This document shows positions 1 to 13,700 of a DNA stretch of 21,283 nt, one piece after another (position 1 is the stretch's first letter; each line of letters opens with the position of its first letter). The stretch is from assembly GCA_010093995.1 (NCBI GenBank), contig ML992523.1, forward strand, positions 82,266 through 103,548, given 5' to 3'. A program made the translations under genes and the position numbers. Source of the DNA: Elsinoe ampelina. Its lineage: Eukaryota. Under the pieces are notes generated by a model, which was given only the letters and a program-made list of their open reading frames with translations, ran no database searches and had not been told where the DNA came from.

Positions 1-543
1 TACTAAATGTCTACTCTCTCTAAAGCTATAAAGCCTTAAGTTATTATACCTATAGGATATATAGCTATTTAATAACTTATATTACTTAGTCTTTATAGAC
101 TATATTCTTATTAAATGTTATATAGGGTAATATAATAATCTTTCCCTTCTAGGCTTACTAAGTATAATACTAATAGAGTATCTAGATAAGGTAATTAGTT
201 ATTAAGTTATTCTATATACTAATATACTAACTAAGTAGTACTCTAGCTTAAAATTTATATAATTTAGAAACATGTTAGTTATAGATATAGGCTCTATAGC
301 TAAAGCATCTAATATAAGTTAATAAGACTAGCCTATTATTATTAAGAAGATTCTTTCTTAGCTCTTATATAGGGATCTTCTTAGTTTTAATATAGGTAAT
401 TCTATTACTAATATAAATTATAAACTTTATAACTATATACTAGAGTTTAAGAAGTGCTCTATAATTAATAAAGATATACCTTATTCTAAGAATAACTACT
501 TTATTAGTAGCCTTAGATTTACTATTTTAGTATTAAGTATTAG
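1..543 (-). pseudogene. Ty1/copia retrotransposon (host element): C-terminal part of integrase, RIP-degenerate
   Basis: The minus strand de-RIPs to T-Q-Y-Q-N-G-K-S-E (QNG..E catalytic Glu), LW...VYISNR, IRCFGCRAYVH, KFQARA..GRYIG and TPHVTFDE, all typical of copia integrase/SH3. It reads on in frame from the 20776-21283 segment once the hAT and one TSD copy are removed. Confidence 0.85.
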
Positions 544-569
544 TAGTATAACTATTAGAGCAAGGTCGG
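544..569 (+). repeat. hAT left terminal inverted repeat
   Basis: TAGTATAACTATTAGAGCAAGGTCGG versus the reverse complement of the right end, TAGTATAACTATTAGGGCGGAGTTAG. The first 15 bp are identical and the 6 differences are all transitions. Confidence 0.9.
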
Positions 570-579
570 CCCCTTTAGG

Positions 580-810
580 TTTAGTACTATACTAGAGTTT
601 AGGTTAGCCTCTAGCTAGCGTAGTGCCGCTAAGAGCTTAGTAGTACTAGTACTAGCTCCGTACTATAGCTATAATAGCACTATACTAGTACTAGGTATAG
701 GTTAAGTTATATATATTCTAGACGTAGTATAGTACTAGGTTAGGTCGGTAGATAAGTAGTATAGTACTATTAAGTCCTTAGTGTACTTTTACTAGCACTA
801 TACTAGAGTT
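580..810. repeat. hAT left subterminal array of short TAGTAC/TAGCAC/GTGCC-type motifs
   Basis: Dense TAGTACTA, TAGCACTA and TAGTGCCG copies in both orientations just inside the TIR. hAT elements are known to carry subterminal transposase-binding repeats. Confidence 0.6.
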
Positions 811-2027
811 ACTATTCTTATAGTAAATTCTTATAGTAACTACTATGTTCTATAACTCTTATTACTTTTCTGCTCTAAATACTTAAAGTTATAGTAGGTA
901 AAGAATACTAGAGAGAAGCAAAAGTTATTAATTATTAACTCTTATATATAATTATAACCTAATAGTAATTTATAGAAGATTAACCTAATTAATATTATCT
1001 ATATAACTCTTATAAGTCTATTTTATATACTTAGCTAGTAAGCTATATACTACCTAGAACTAATACCTTATTATCTTATTATCTACTTGATCTAGAGAAT
1101 ATTCTATCCTTAGTAAGTTTACCCTTATATAAATTATAACTCTTAACTAGTAAACTAAAGTACTAAAGCTATTAGGTAGAGTCTAAGACTAGAATAATTA
1201 GTTCTAGGTAGTTTAGCCTTTCTACTAACTTATAGTACAGTTGCGGATTGCCTTAATACTATTAGATTACTAGTTAATAGTAAGTATAAGGCTATCTAGG
1301 GCCTTAATCTTTGCCTAAAGGTTGTTAATAAATTTATAGTAAGTAATATTAGCCTAACGAATAATAGAGAGGCAAGTAGTAGATATAGTAGTAGATTTAC
1401 TTAAATTCTAGCAACTATTAGTATAAGTTATACTATAGCGACGTAAAGGTATACTAGATAGTTATTTAAATGTTTCTAAGGAGAGAAAGAAGTAACTTAG
1501 CTAATAATCTACTTATATCTCTTAGTATAATAATAGCTATTGTTTAATAATAGCTATTATTAGTATTGTTGTTTTTTTATAATAGATAATAGCTATTATT
1601 TATATTATTGTTCTTATAATAGGTAATACTAGATATATATACCTTTTAGTTACTATTTCTTCTTCTTTCTCTTAAACCTCTCTTTCTTATTGTTTAATAC
1701 TTTCTTCTATAATATCTTCTTCTTATACTTAACTCTACCTCGACCTAGTAGATCTAATTCTCTTTTAGCCTTATAAGATAACTCCTAGTAACTACGCTAG
1801 GCCCTTATACCTACGCTAGTTTAAAGCCTATATCTACTATATAACTCTTATATATCTTAACTTTAATAATAACTACAAAATCTAAGCTAAATATATCTAT
1901 AATAACTATAGAGGTTCGGTACTTCGCTATAAAGCCTACTATACTTATAATACTCCTTATAACTTTATAGGTGTTTCTAATCTAATCTTTCTTTATAATC
2001 TAATAAATATTAGTATAATATCTTATA

Positions 2028-2228
2028 TGTTAAGAATATAGCTCTCTCTAGATAATTAGGCTATAAAGTTATATAACCTTAAGTTATATAATACTAAGGC
2101 CTAGAGATTTATAGCTATTCTTTCTTCTAGTAGATAGACTCCTTAATTAATTAACTTGTCTATTACCTAATTAGTATATAATTAGTTCTATATAATATTC
2201 CACCCCTAAACGTGCCTTCTACTTAATA
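2028..2228 (+). repeat. copia 5' LTR (201 bp)
   Basis: TGTTAAGAATATAG...CTACTTAATA; direct repeat of 7185-7385 with 12 differences by manual count, all transitions. Confidence 0.97.
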
Positions 2229-2242
2229 GGTTATAAGCCTAG
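2229..2242 (+). promoter_or_regulatory. copia primer-binding site (half-tRNA-iMet type)
   Basis: GGTTATAAGCCTAG lies immediately after the 5' LTR and de-RIPs to GGTTATGRGCCCAG, the internal tRNA-iMet PBS type used by copia-like elements. Confidence 0.8.
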
Positions 2243-2344
2243 AGCTATAGTATAAGTATAGGATTGTATATACTATAGTTAAGTATCTACGTTATTAAAA
2301 TTAGGCCGGATTTTATTAGTATTCTCCTCTATTTCTCCTCTATT

Positions 2345-5300
2345 ATCTTAATCTTAGATAGATTAGTAAAGGTAGTATAAAGCGTAAAAGACTAGTTACT
2401 TAGTACATTAAGTAGAATATATTAAGACGTCTACTATAGATTTATTTCTATAATTGTATAATAGCTGCTATTTATTAGCTATAAACAACTAAACAATATT
2501 TGTTTTATTACTGTTTTCTCTCTTAAGATTAAGCACCTATTAATCTTATTAACAATTATCTAGTTAAGACTAGTATAAAGATCTTAATACCTAGAAGAAT
2601 TAACTTAAAGGTTATTAACCTCCGGATCTCGACCTTTATCTATTTATTTACTAAGTTCTTTTCTACTCTAGAACTTATCTTTAGCTATAGAAGACAATAA
2701 TACCTAATTAAAGTAGCTAGTACCTATACTCTCTAAAGATAACTATAAGAAGTAGTTCTAATAAATAGAGCTCTAGCTTATATTAAAGAAGGTGTTATAG
2801 ACTCTTACTTCCCTTACTAAACTATTAGTAATAACTCTAGAGTTATTATTAACTTCCTTATTTAACTCCTAGTATTTTCCTCTATTAGTAGAGAAGAATA
2901 GTACTACCCTTTACTAGATCTATAGATATATCTCTAAGAGAGATTAAGAGATAATTTAGAAATAGTAGTAGGCTAAGCTAGCTTAGGAGAAGCTAAAGAG
3001 CAAGTATATAAAGTAGATAGGTATATAGGTAAGACAACTTTAGAAAGAATTTATAATATATACTATAAGTAATAATATAACTATCTTAGATACCTAGTTA
3101 TACCTAACTATATTAGGAAGGAGAATTAATAGGTCTTTAGAGATTAAGTAATACTCCTTACTAATAACAAGAATTTAGAGACTACTTAGTACTCTTTTAG
3201 CTTTATAGTTAACTATAAGAGATGCCTTAGATACTTAACTCTACCTTAGTATAGATAAGATCTATAACATTCTTAAAGAAAAGAAAGTATAAAAGGAAGA
3301 AGGGGAATCTACTATATTTATAAGAGGTAGACTATAACAGAGAACTAGTAGAAGCTTAAATTATATATGTATCTTATATAAGGAACCTAGATACTCTATA
3401 TTAAGGTGTCCTTATCTCTAATAAGCTAAGAAGTATATCTAGCTATCCTATAGAGTTACTAAAAGGAGTAGCCCTATAAGAAGATAGTTACCTAAGTGCT
3501 AGAAACTACTTAAACTTATAAGATAGCTTACTAAGAGAATAGACTCCCTTAAAGTAGCTAAATTAAGAAGGAGAGGTAAAGCCTATTTAGCTACTAAGAG
3601 TAGTTTATTATTAACATCTCTATCTCTACTACTAGAAGTTCTACCTAGGAATAAAGAGCTTAAAACTATAGGTTCTACATTAGAGGTTTAAGGTAAGCTT
3701 CTACATTATTAGTAGATACTTAACTCTAGAGTATCTAACTATATAATAGATAAGCTAACTCTCTTTAGGGGCCTATTAAGTAAGATTTACACTTAATAGA
3801 TCTAGGTTAGAGAGAGTTACTTTTAGTTATAGTTAATAGGAACTATAGTTATTAAGACTAAGAAGGGAGATAAGATAAAGGTATAGGCTCTTTATATACC
3901 TAATCTTAGTATTAATTTAGTCTCCTATTATAAGCTATACTTAGATTTAGGCGTTTCTAGAGTTTTTAATTTAAATTCTTTTCTTGTCCTTAATTAGTAG
4001 AAGTAACTATTACTTAAAGCTAGAATTTAAAGGGGGGTATATATTATCTAATTCCTCTTTAAGTAATTAGCTAATTAAAAGCTGTATTTTAGATCTAAGC
4101 CTAGCTTAATTCTAGATCTAGCTAATTAGGATTTAGTATTCCTTACTACCTAGCTTATAATTATATTATAGACTAAGTATACACATCTAACCTAGGATAA
4201 GTAATAAGAGAATCTTATTAACTTAGGACCTAATAACTCTAAGATAGAGTATTAGCTCTAGTATAGGAAATTTACTTACCTTAGAATTAAGAAGCTTAAG
4301 AATCTTTATAAAGTTATAACCCTTAAGAAACCTATTAACCTAAACTATAATCTATCTATTCTATATAAGGTCTGTTCCCTTACTAAGATAAGGAATAGAA
4401 GAGGTAAAACCTTATAGAGAAGACTAGAGGTTCTTTAGCTTATCTATACTAATATCTATAGCCTAATTAAAGTAAGTAGAGAAGGATTTAGATACTTCCT
4501 AGAGCTTATAGATAGCTACTTAAGAATAATATAGATTAGTCTACTTAAGATAAGAGATAAAGCTCTATAAAGGCTTATTAAGTAGAAGCTAAGAGTTAAG
4601 AAGGAAAGTAATACTAAGGTTAAGGTTACTAGATTAGATAATACTAGTAAACTTAATAAGATCCTAAAGTAGTAGAAGCGCTAAGAAGGTATCTATTATA
4701 TAACTACTAAGTTATATAATTTAATTTAGAATAGACTAGTAAAGAAAGGTATCTAAACCTTAGAGAATAGTATAAGAGCAATACTTAAGGACTTAAGGAT
4801 ACTAAATAAGTTCTAGCCTAAAGTAGTTTAGGTAGATATATATCTAAGGAATAGAATAGTAACTAGACCTATAATTAATAATAAGTAAGTTATACCTATT
4901 AAGGCCTATATAGGCATTAAGCTATTAGTTAATTATATTAGGGTCTAGGGCTATAAGGTATATACCTATATAAACCTAAAGTCCCTTCCTATATATAGAA
5001 GAAAAGACAAGCTTATAGATAGAAGAAAAGTAGAAGTATTCCTTAGCTATATAAATAGAACTAACAGGATATACAAGATATAGGCACCTAATAGAAAGGT
5101 AGTAATTATATTACTAAATATTAAATTCTCTAAGTTTAAGAAAGGTAGTAATATTAATCTTAGTATTAGAATTAATACTATAAGTAATTAAGCACTAGTT
5201 AGGAGACTAGTTAGTAGACTAACTTAGATTTAGACTAAGGTTAGATCTAGGATAGACTAACTAAATTAGCCTATTTAGAATAAAGCACCTATAGGGAGAA

Positions 5301-7155
5301 TCTTTTTATATATTAAGATCCTAAGAGTTAACCCTATTAACATTATAGATTTCTAACATAGAAAAGAGCTAATAGTTTAATCTTTACTAACTAACTATAT
5401 AAGTTAATTACTTAAGAGATTAAGAGATAATAACTCTAATAATAAAGGCTCTAAAGCTAAGTACTATAGAGCTTTTATTACTAAGTATATTAATTAGCAA
5501 GATAAGGTTAATAAGATTACTATAATAGCCTCTATTAAGTAATATGTCCTAATCCTAAGGGACTACTATAAGGCTATTACTAATCTAGTATAGGAAAGTA
5601 AATAGTAGAAAGTAATTAATATAGAGCTTAATACTCTATACTTAAATAATACATAGGAAGAGGTTATTCCTCTAAAGGGATCTAACTTAGTAATATCTAA
5701 ATAGGTCTTTAATGTTAAGTATAACATAGATAGCTCTATTAAAAAGTTTAAGGTTAGACTAGTTACTAGAGGCTTCTTATAGAAGTATAGTATTAACTAT
5801 AAAGACATATTTATACTAATAGTTAGAGTAGACATACTTAGACTATTCTTTACTATTATATATATACTTAACCTTAAGTATTATTAGGTAGATGTTAATA
5901 ATACCTTTATAGAATTCTTTCTTTATAAAAAGATCTATATAAGGCTACTACCTAGACTAAAGATTAGTTCTAGATTTGCCTTCCGGATTCTAAGGAGCTT
6001 ATATAGACTTAAGTAAGCTACTAGAGACTAGAACTAGTACTATATCTCTAAGCTCCTAAAGCTAAGCTTTACTTAAAGTAAAGTAGACCTTTATCTTCTT
6101 ATATACTATAATAAGAAGATTATTCTTTTAGTTTATATTAATAATATACTATTTGTAGCATAAAGTAAAAAGAACATCTAGTAGTTTAAGCAAGAACTTA
6201 GTAAGATCTTTAAGATTAAAGATCTTAGCAAGGTTAATAAAGTTCTTAGAGTTAAAGTTATAAGAGATAGATAATAAAGCACCTTAAGACTTAATTAAAC
6301 CTACTATATAGATAATATGCTATAGAGGCTTAATATAACCTCTAATAAGGTTACTTTAACAAAGTAGCTAATAGATAATAAGCTCCCTTAAAGAGCTTAG
6401 GAAAATAATATAAGGTTTAGTAGAACTAAGTACTTATATACTATTAGAAGCTAGATATACCTTAGTACCCTAATAAGGCTAGATACTACCTTTGCCTTAG
6501 GAAGGCTAAGTTAGTTTATAGCGGATCTAATAGATAGTTATACTATTAAGATAAAGAGGATATTAAGATATATTAGATTAACTAAAGATCTTAGTATTAT
6601 ATTTAGAAGGAATAGGAATAAGACTCTTAAGAGATACTCTAATTTAGACTATACCTTAGATAAGTTAGATAGGGTCTCTATCCTTAGATATGTCTTTATA
6701 CTTATAAGTAGTTCTATTAGCTAGATAAGTAGGAAGTAGAAGTCTGTTTTAACCTCTACTATAGAGGCTAAATATATAGTAATATACTCTTATATAAAGA
6801 GATTATAGTTCCTGTCTTAGTTACTAAGAGATATAGGCTATTATAAGATAGTTAGGCAATTACTATAGAGGCTAACTATAAGAGAATCTTAGAAAGTAAT
6901 AATAAGATTACTCTTTACTACTAGGATTAATAGTAATAACTAAGTAGCTCTTTTACTTATAAAAGAGCTATATACTTATAAAAGGGTAAAGTACATTAAT
7001 ATTGCTTACTACTACGTTAGGAGGCTATAGAGAGACTAGAGGATTTAAGTAGAGTTTATAAGAATAGTAGACATAGTAGCTAATAGGTTAACTAAGCTAT
7101 TATAAGGTTAGATCTTTATAAGGTTTATAAAGTAACTTAGCTTATTATTAACCTA
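2345..7155 (+). pseudogene. copia gag-pol polyprotein, single frame, many RIP stops (ends approximate)
   Basis: All motifs lie in one frame: zinc knuckle C-I-L-C-K-E-P-G-H-S-I-L-R-C (3368-3409), protease WILDSGASNHM (3713), integrase LIHTDICGP (4439), RT KFKARLVARGFSQKYGIDY (5744) and VYVDD (6131), RNase H GYSDSDYA (6632), KQKSVSTSTTEAEY, KHIDIAYH, DMVADGLTKP (about 7070). Confidence 0.95.
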
Positions 7156-7184
7156 ATAGCTTATCTATAGGAGCTAAGTAGGAG

Positions 7185-7385
7185 TATTAAGAATATAGCT
7201 CTCTCTAGATAATTAGGCTATAAAGTTATATAACCTTAAGTTATATAATACTAAGGCCTAGGGATTTATAGCTGTTCTTTCTTCTAGTAGATAGACTTCT
7301 TAATTAATTAACTCGTCTATTACCTAATTAGTGTACGATTAGTTCTATATAATATTTCACCTCTAAACGTACCTTCTACTTAACA
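7185..7385 (+). repeat. copia 3' LTR (201 bp)
   Basis: TATTAAGAATATAG...CTACTTAACA, preceded by the purine-rich GGAGCTAAGTAGGAG (degenerate PPT). Confidence 0.97.
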
Positions 7386-8146
7386 TTATAGACTAATAAT
7401 ATCTTTAACCTAATTAATATATAGTGCACTATTAATTGTCTTATTCTTAGTAGAAGAGTAGATCTACTCTTACTCTTTACTATACGCTATAACGTTAAAC
7501 GTAAGTAGAAGGAGTTAGATTATATCGATAATAGTAATAATAGTATTTCTTCTAATAACTAATCTAATTAAAGTAGCATAGTTAAAGCGTTAGCGAGCTA
7601 ATAGCTTTAGATAGTTATTAATAATATAGACTTATACTTTATAAAGACTTAATTACGTTACCTCTTCCTATAAGTAACTAAAATTAACTATAATAATAGT
7701 ATATATAAGCTCTTAAAGTAGAAGTGTTTATATTACCTCTAGCTATACTAGTAGTTATATTACTACCCTAGGTAGTACTATTAATACTAGCGGTAGAAGT
7801 ATCTCCCTCGTTGTTCTCTTTACTATTAGTATTATTCTAGAAAGTAACTTAACTATTATTAGGCTTAAATCTAGTAAGAAAGTTAGAAGTATAATAAGGT
7901 AGATATTAGTAATAGCATAGAAAGTAGCGTTAGTAATAAGTTAGCTAAGGTCGTAGGTACTATAGTAGAGATAGTTATTAAGGTTAATAATAAGAGAAGT
8001 AGCGCGGAGATTAGTTATAGCTTTAGCCTTTATATTATAGTTAATCTATATAATTTTCTTATTAACGTTTTTATAAGTAAATCTAGTATAACTAACGTAG
8101 ATATAAATATAGTTATATTAAAGATACTAGCGAGTAAGGGAATAAG

Positions 8147-8609
8147 TATTACGAACTAGTAGGATAGCTAGAGCGTAGGGATATTAGAACTAATTAAACT
8201 ACTAGAGTTATTACGTAACCTAGCCCGACGTTTATCTAGTTCTTTATCTTCTCTAGTAGCTCTACTTTAGAGACTATAGAGCGCGTAGGTTACTAGTAGA
8301 TATATACTCTATACTACCCCTAGCTTTCGCTACGGAGTATATAGAGTATATAGAGTATATAATAGAGAATATATATATATAAGAATAGTCCTTACCTTAT
8401 ATAAGTACTATAGTTAACCTTGTCTAGATAGCGAACACTAGTATTACTAAGGCTAGCCTTTATAATACTATTTAATTGTACTTTATTATCTATAAGACAT
8501 ATCTTCTCTAACTCTTACCTTAGTACTATACTACTATAGAAGTAGAACTACCTCGTTCTTAGCTTAGCTTAGACTACTAGCGTAGGCTATGTTTAGACAG
8601 TTCGTAACA
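8147..8609 (+). repeat. gypsy 5' LTR (463 bp)
   Basis: TATTACGAACT...AGTTCGTAACA (terminal inverted ends); direct repeat of 14699-15161 with about 41 differences by manual count, all transitions, no indels. Confidence 0.97.
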
Positions 8610-8626
8610 TTTTAACTACCCTTACT

Positions 8627-10708
8627 ATAGTATAGTATACTACGAGGTTAATAAGTAACTCTTACTTTAAGTTACTATTAGTATCTTTAATCGCTAGTAA
8701 GCTAGGAAGACTTACTATTAACGATATATCTACTACTAGTTTAACCTCGGGCAAATATAGAAGGTCTCTTAGTATAGAGGAGAGACGAAGTAAGCCTAAG
8801 CTAGAGGTAGAACTCTTCTATAGGGACTATACCTACTTAAGGCGCTTTCTTGTTTAACTTAAAGCCTTCTTTACTCTAGAGAGAGATAAATACGCTAACG
8901 ATATAGTAAAGGTTCTCTATACTAGAATATACCTTAAAGGCGCTACCTTCGAGTAGTTTAAGCCTTATATAAGTAGCTACCTAGACGGATAACTAAGTCT
9001 AGATATAAAGGCTATCTTTAAGAGTTTTAGTATCTTCTAAGCGAAGATTAGGTAAGTCTTTAATATATCTAATAAGGAACGTATTACTATAATAAAGATT
9101 CGACAACTACGATAACGTAGGTCTATAGCCTAGTACTATTTCTAGTTCTAATAACTCGTAATATACCTAGACTAGAATAATAGTACTAAATATTTAGTAT
9201 TCTACTAAGGACTAAGCGACTTAGTTAAAGACTAAATAATACCTAAGCTGTCTAATAGCCTCTAAGAACTAGTAGATACTATAATTACTATTAATAACTA
9301 ACTTTATAAACAACATATAGAACGTTATAGAGAATATAAGGTAAATACTAGATATATACGTTCCTCCCGGAACTATAGAGACTCTATAGAACTTAACGCT
9401 ATACGCGAAGGTTGCCCCTTATAGGTAAAGGGCTAAAGTTACGAAGGAAAGTTTCTTAGTAGAAAAGAGAGAGAGAAATATAGATAAGATAACTTATATT
9501 TTAAGTATAAAAGACTTAGGTATTAGGCTAGGGACTACTAGTAAAGGGCGCTAGCTAATAGATTATATATAATAGTTGCCGGGCTAGTAGAGAAAAAGGC
9601 TAATACTACTATAGAAGACCTAATAACCTTTAGTATAGGTAAGGAAATATAAAAGAAGTCTACGACGACTTAAGAGGTAATAGAATTCTCTCTAGATGTT
9701 ATACTTAATATCTCTACGACTAATAGTAAACAATAAAGCTAACACGTAATACTATTATAGATAGCATATTATAATAACTCTTATTATATTTACTTATTAG
9801 ACAAGTAGGGATCTAGTTAGTTCCTATATAAGCTACCTAAGCGTAGGTAACTAACGAGATAGCTAGACTAGGAACCTAACCTAGAAGAGCTCTCTATAAT
9901 TAGTAGTAACATTAACTAACCTTAGAAGGTAGTTAGCAATAATTACTAATATACAATTATTAAGACAAAGTATTAGAATATAAGTACTATATAACAATAT
10001 AGTAGCCTTACCTTTAGCTCTTATAGTATACTATAAGGAAAGGTATATTATATATCGCTCTAGAAATGTATAAATCTAGATTATAAATAGTACTACTCTA
10101 TCTACTTATATAATGTACTTAGAGAAGACACTATTAGTCTCGAATATACTATAGACTTCTTAGTAATTAAGATAGGTAGTACTATTCCCTATAGCTAAGT
10201 ACGAGAGTATACTCGATGTAGCCTTACTAACTATAACTATATAGAGAGCAATAGCGATAAAGAGAAATATAACAAGAAATATACCGAATAACTATAGTAT
10301 AATAATATAAATAAGGACTTATCTAACAACGACGATATACTACTACTAGGTAGACGACTTAAAGTATACCTTATAGAGATATAGAGGAATTATATAATAA
10401 TATACACCTACTACTAGAATAGGATATAATAAGATAAATCTATATAACTTACTTTTATCTTTAATACTAACACCTAGCTATGCCTAGAGGGAATAGTTAT
10501 ACTAGTATAGGTATATAACACTACTTAGTATAACTAGTAGAGAATTATTAGACTTTATAGTTATTAAGGAACGTAAGTACTAGAAGTTTACCTTACTATA
10601 TTAAGTAGTAATAAGACACGACTTGCCTAATAGATATAGTACTAATAGTAGATACGTATAGAAAGGGATTAGCTACTTATCTAGGGAGCTACAATAATAA
10701 AAAACTAG
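8627..10708 (+). pseudogene. gag: chromovirus Gag with long C-terminal extension (start approximate)
   Basis: One frame: LFxGD..HLRRFLVQLKAFF (about 8810), YLKGAAFEWF, FYQGLSD.VKD, GDPMELDA (9377), zinc knuckle CFKCGRLGHQARDC (9497-9538), HxxLSWTACYDDSCxxHLSDKQGSGWFP (9743-9826); ends AAA AAC TAG. Confidence 0.9.
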
Positions 10709-10740
10709 TAAGTTATTACCTAATAAGGTAAGATAATAAC
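10699..10740 (+). promoter_or_regulatory. -1 programmed ribosomal frameshift signal
   Basis: Heptamer A AAA AAC (10699-10705) is correctly phased in the gag frame, followed by TAG. After a 6-nt spacer comes a potential stem GTTATTACC...GGTAAGATAATAAC. Pol lies in the -1 frame. Confidence 0.85.
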
Positions 10741-13700
10741 ACTAGCTAAAGCCTTAGTATAATAAAGATTTATATATTAAATTACTTTATACTAGAAGTC
10801 TAGATATAAGAAAATAAGGTAAGAGTAATAATAGATTTAGGAGCTAACTATAGCTATATCTCTATAATAGTTACTAATTAGCTTAAACCTTATTAATATT
10901 AGAAGGAGTTACTTTACCTACTTACTATAGCGGATAGAACCTCTATAGGAAAGGACAGGAAAGTTACTTAGGAACTATAAAACGTTATAATCTAAATCGA
11001 AATATATATAGAAAGACAATTAATCGATATAGTTAACATATAGTATAATATAGTACTTAGTATAGACTAGCTTTAATAATATAATCTAGACGTAGACTAG
11101 ATTAAAGAAATACTTAAATTCCCTAAGTATAATTATAGAATATAGAGAGTATAATTAGCTCCGCGAATACTAACTATAAGAATAGTATAAGTATAACTAA
11201 TAGTTAGAGCTATCGCTAGCGTAAGTAATTAAGTACTTCCGCTAGAATATAAAGACTTCGAGGACTTATTTAAAGAAAGAGAAGGTATCGTAGCCTTACT
11301 CTAATATAAACTATAGAATTACGAAATACCTTTTAAAGAGAGTAAATCCCTAATACACTATTAAGGTCTTATACTACTATTAAAATAAGAGAAGAATATT
11401 CTTAAGAACTATATTAATAAGTACTTACTTAAAGGATTTATACAACTATTAAAATTACCTATTATGTATAGAGTACTTTTTACACTAAAAAAGGATAGAA
11501 CGTTATAAATATATATTAATTACTAGAAACTTAATATACTTACTAGGAAGAATCGCTATCCCCTACTAAGGATTAATAAACTTTAAGACTAACTACTTAG
11601 AGCTAAATAGTTCACTATAATTAACATTAGAGATGCCTATTATTAAGTATAAATAAAGGAGGGCAAGGAGTAGAAAACAGCTTTTAGGACGTAATAGAGT
11701 CTATATAAGTACCTCGTTATACTCTTTAGGTTAACTAATACTCCTATAACCTTCTAAGAGTTAATTAATAATACTCTATAAGAATACCTTAATAACTTTA
11801 TCTTAGTATATTTAGACAATATTATTATCTTCTTAAAGATGTATAATAAACATATAAGACATATTTATAAAGTGCTACGGAAACTAAAAGAAAAAGACCT
11901 ACTAGTAAAGCTCTCTAAGTATAAGTTTTATAAATATAAGATACAATTTCTAGGCTATATTATATCTACTAATAGTATTAGACCTAATCTAAAGAAGATT
12001 AAGTTAGTAAACAACTAGCTAGAACCTATAATAGTTAAGGAGGTTTAAGCGCTACTAGGATTCTTTAACTACTACTACAAATTTGTTAAAGGATTCTCTA
12101 AGGTAGCTATACTAATATCTAACCTTACAAAAAAGGAAACTAGCTTTGTCTTTAACAAGAAGTATAGGTAGGCCTTTAAGGAGCTAAAGCTTAGACTTAT
12201 AATAGTACCTATCCTAGTACTCTTCGACTTAGACTAATAGGTACTACTAGAGATAGATACCTTAGACTTTATAATAGAAGCGTATCTAGCGTAGAAGAAT
12301 ATAGAAGAATAATACTACCTAATTGTATACTACTTACGAAAAATAACTAGACCTAAACTTAACTACAATATATATAATAAAGAGTTACTTGCGATTATAG
12401 AGGCATTCTATAAATAGAGAGTATACCTAGAAGAGATAACCTTACTAGTATAAGTCTACACCGACTATAAGAACCTTCTATATTAGACAATAACTAAGGT
12501 TCTTAATAGATAATAGGTTCGATAGTTAAAAACACTTATAAGCTATAACTTTTAGATCTACTATATTAAGGGATTAGAGAATAGTAGAGTAGACGCTCTT
12601 AGCTAATAACTAGATTACTTAAAGAATATAACAATAATAGAGGCCTCTATACTAAAGTAGTAAGATAGTGCTTTAGTCTATAAGTACCCGAAGGTAGAGT
12701 AGTTATGTAGCCTTACCTAGGAGCTTATATAAGAATAGAAATAAGAAATTATTTAAATATACTATAATAACCTAACGGTAGAACATAGCGGGATTAATAA
12801 GACTATTAAACTTATTACATAAAACTACTTATAGAAAGAACTCCGAAACAATATTAAGACGTATATCGCCGCCTACGATATATGCTGCAAGTCTAAGCAC
12901 TTATAATACAAGCTATATAGCCTATTATAACCTCTACTACCACTAGACAAACTATAGTAATTAGTTATAATAGACTTTATAGGACCTCTACTACTATTAG
13001 AAGAACCTCTTATAGGTGTAAAGTATAATAGTATTCTAGTCCTAGTAGATAGGTTTATAAAGTATTACTACTTCGTACTATATAAGATAATAGTAACTAC
13101 CGAGGATATAGCCTTTACCTTCCTCTAAACAATTGTTTTATAATATAAAGTACTATAAGACCTAATAACTAATAGGGATAAGCTATTTACATTACAATTC
13201 TAGTAATTATTTATAGACTTACTAGGAGTTAAATATAAGCTATTAACCTCCTTTTATCTATAAACGAATAGATAAACTAAATAGGCAAATAAAGTACTAG
13301 AGTAGTACCTATAATACTACCTAAACTATAAGTAAGACTTATAGGTAACACTATTACTACTCGCGGAGCTTGCTATTAATAATAGAAAGTTAGTAAATAG
13401 AATTTTACTATTCTATATAAACTATAGAATATACCTAGATCTATACTATAATACACTCGGAATTAAGCTAATATCTAAGAATATTAACATATTAGTAGCT
13501 AACATTAAGAAACTATATAACTAGCTATACTACGATATAGTATTTATATTATAAAGAATAGTAGAGTTTACTAATTAGAAGAGAATTACGGGACTAATTC
13601 TATAGAAGGGAGAGAAAGTTTACCTCCTTAGTAAAAACATTAAAACGAAATAACTAAGTAAGAAACTTAACTATACTAAACTAGAACCCTTTAAGATTCT

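Larger units (their letters stand above)
2028..7385 (+). mobile_element. Complete Ty1/copia LTR retrotransposon (5358 bp), RIP-inactivated, nested in the hAT
   Basis: Two 201-bp LTRs (TG...CA); 5-bp TSD TTATA at 2023-2027 and 7386-7390; PBS; PPT; domain order gag-PR-IN-RT-RH. Confidence 0.97.

Noticed and set aside
8336..8381. GAGTATATA triplication and (TA)n run
   Set aside because: Minor low-complexity tract within the LTR, present in both LTRs and inflated by RIP.
8610..8622. tRNA PBS or Tf1-like self-priming site of the chromovirus
   Set aside because: No TGG-type PBS is visible, and complementarity to the LTR (ATAGTTAA near 8410) is too short and AT-rich to support.
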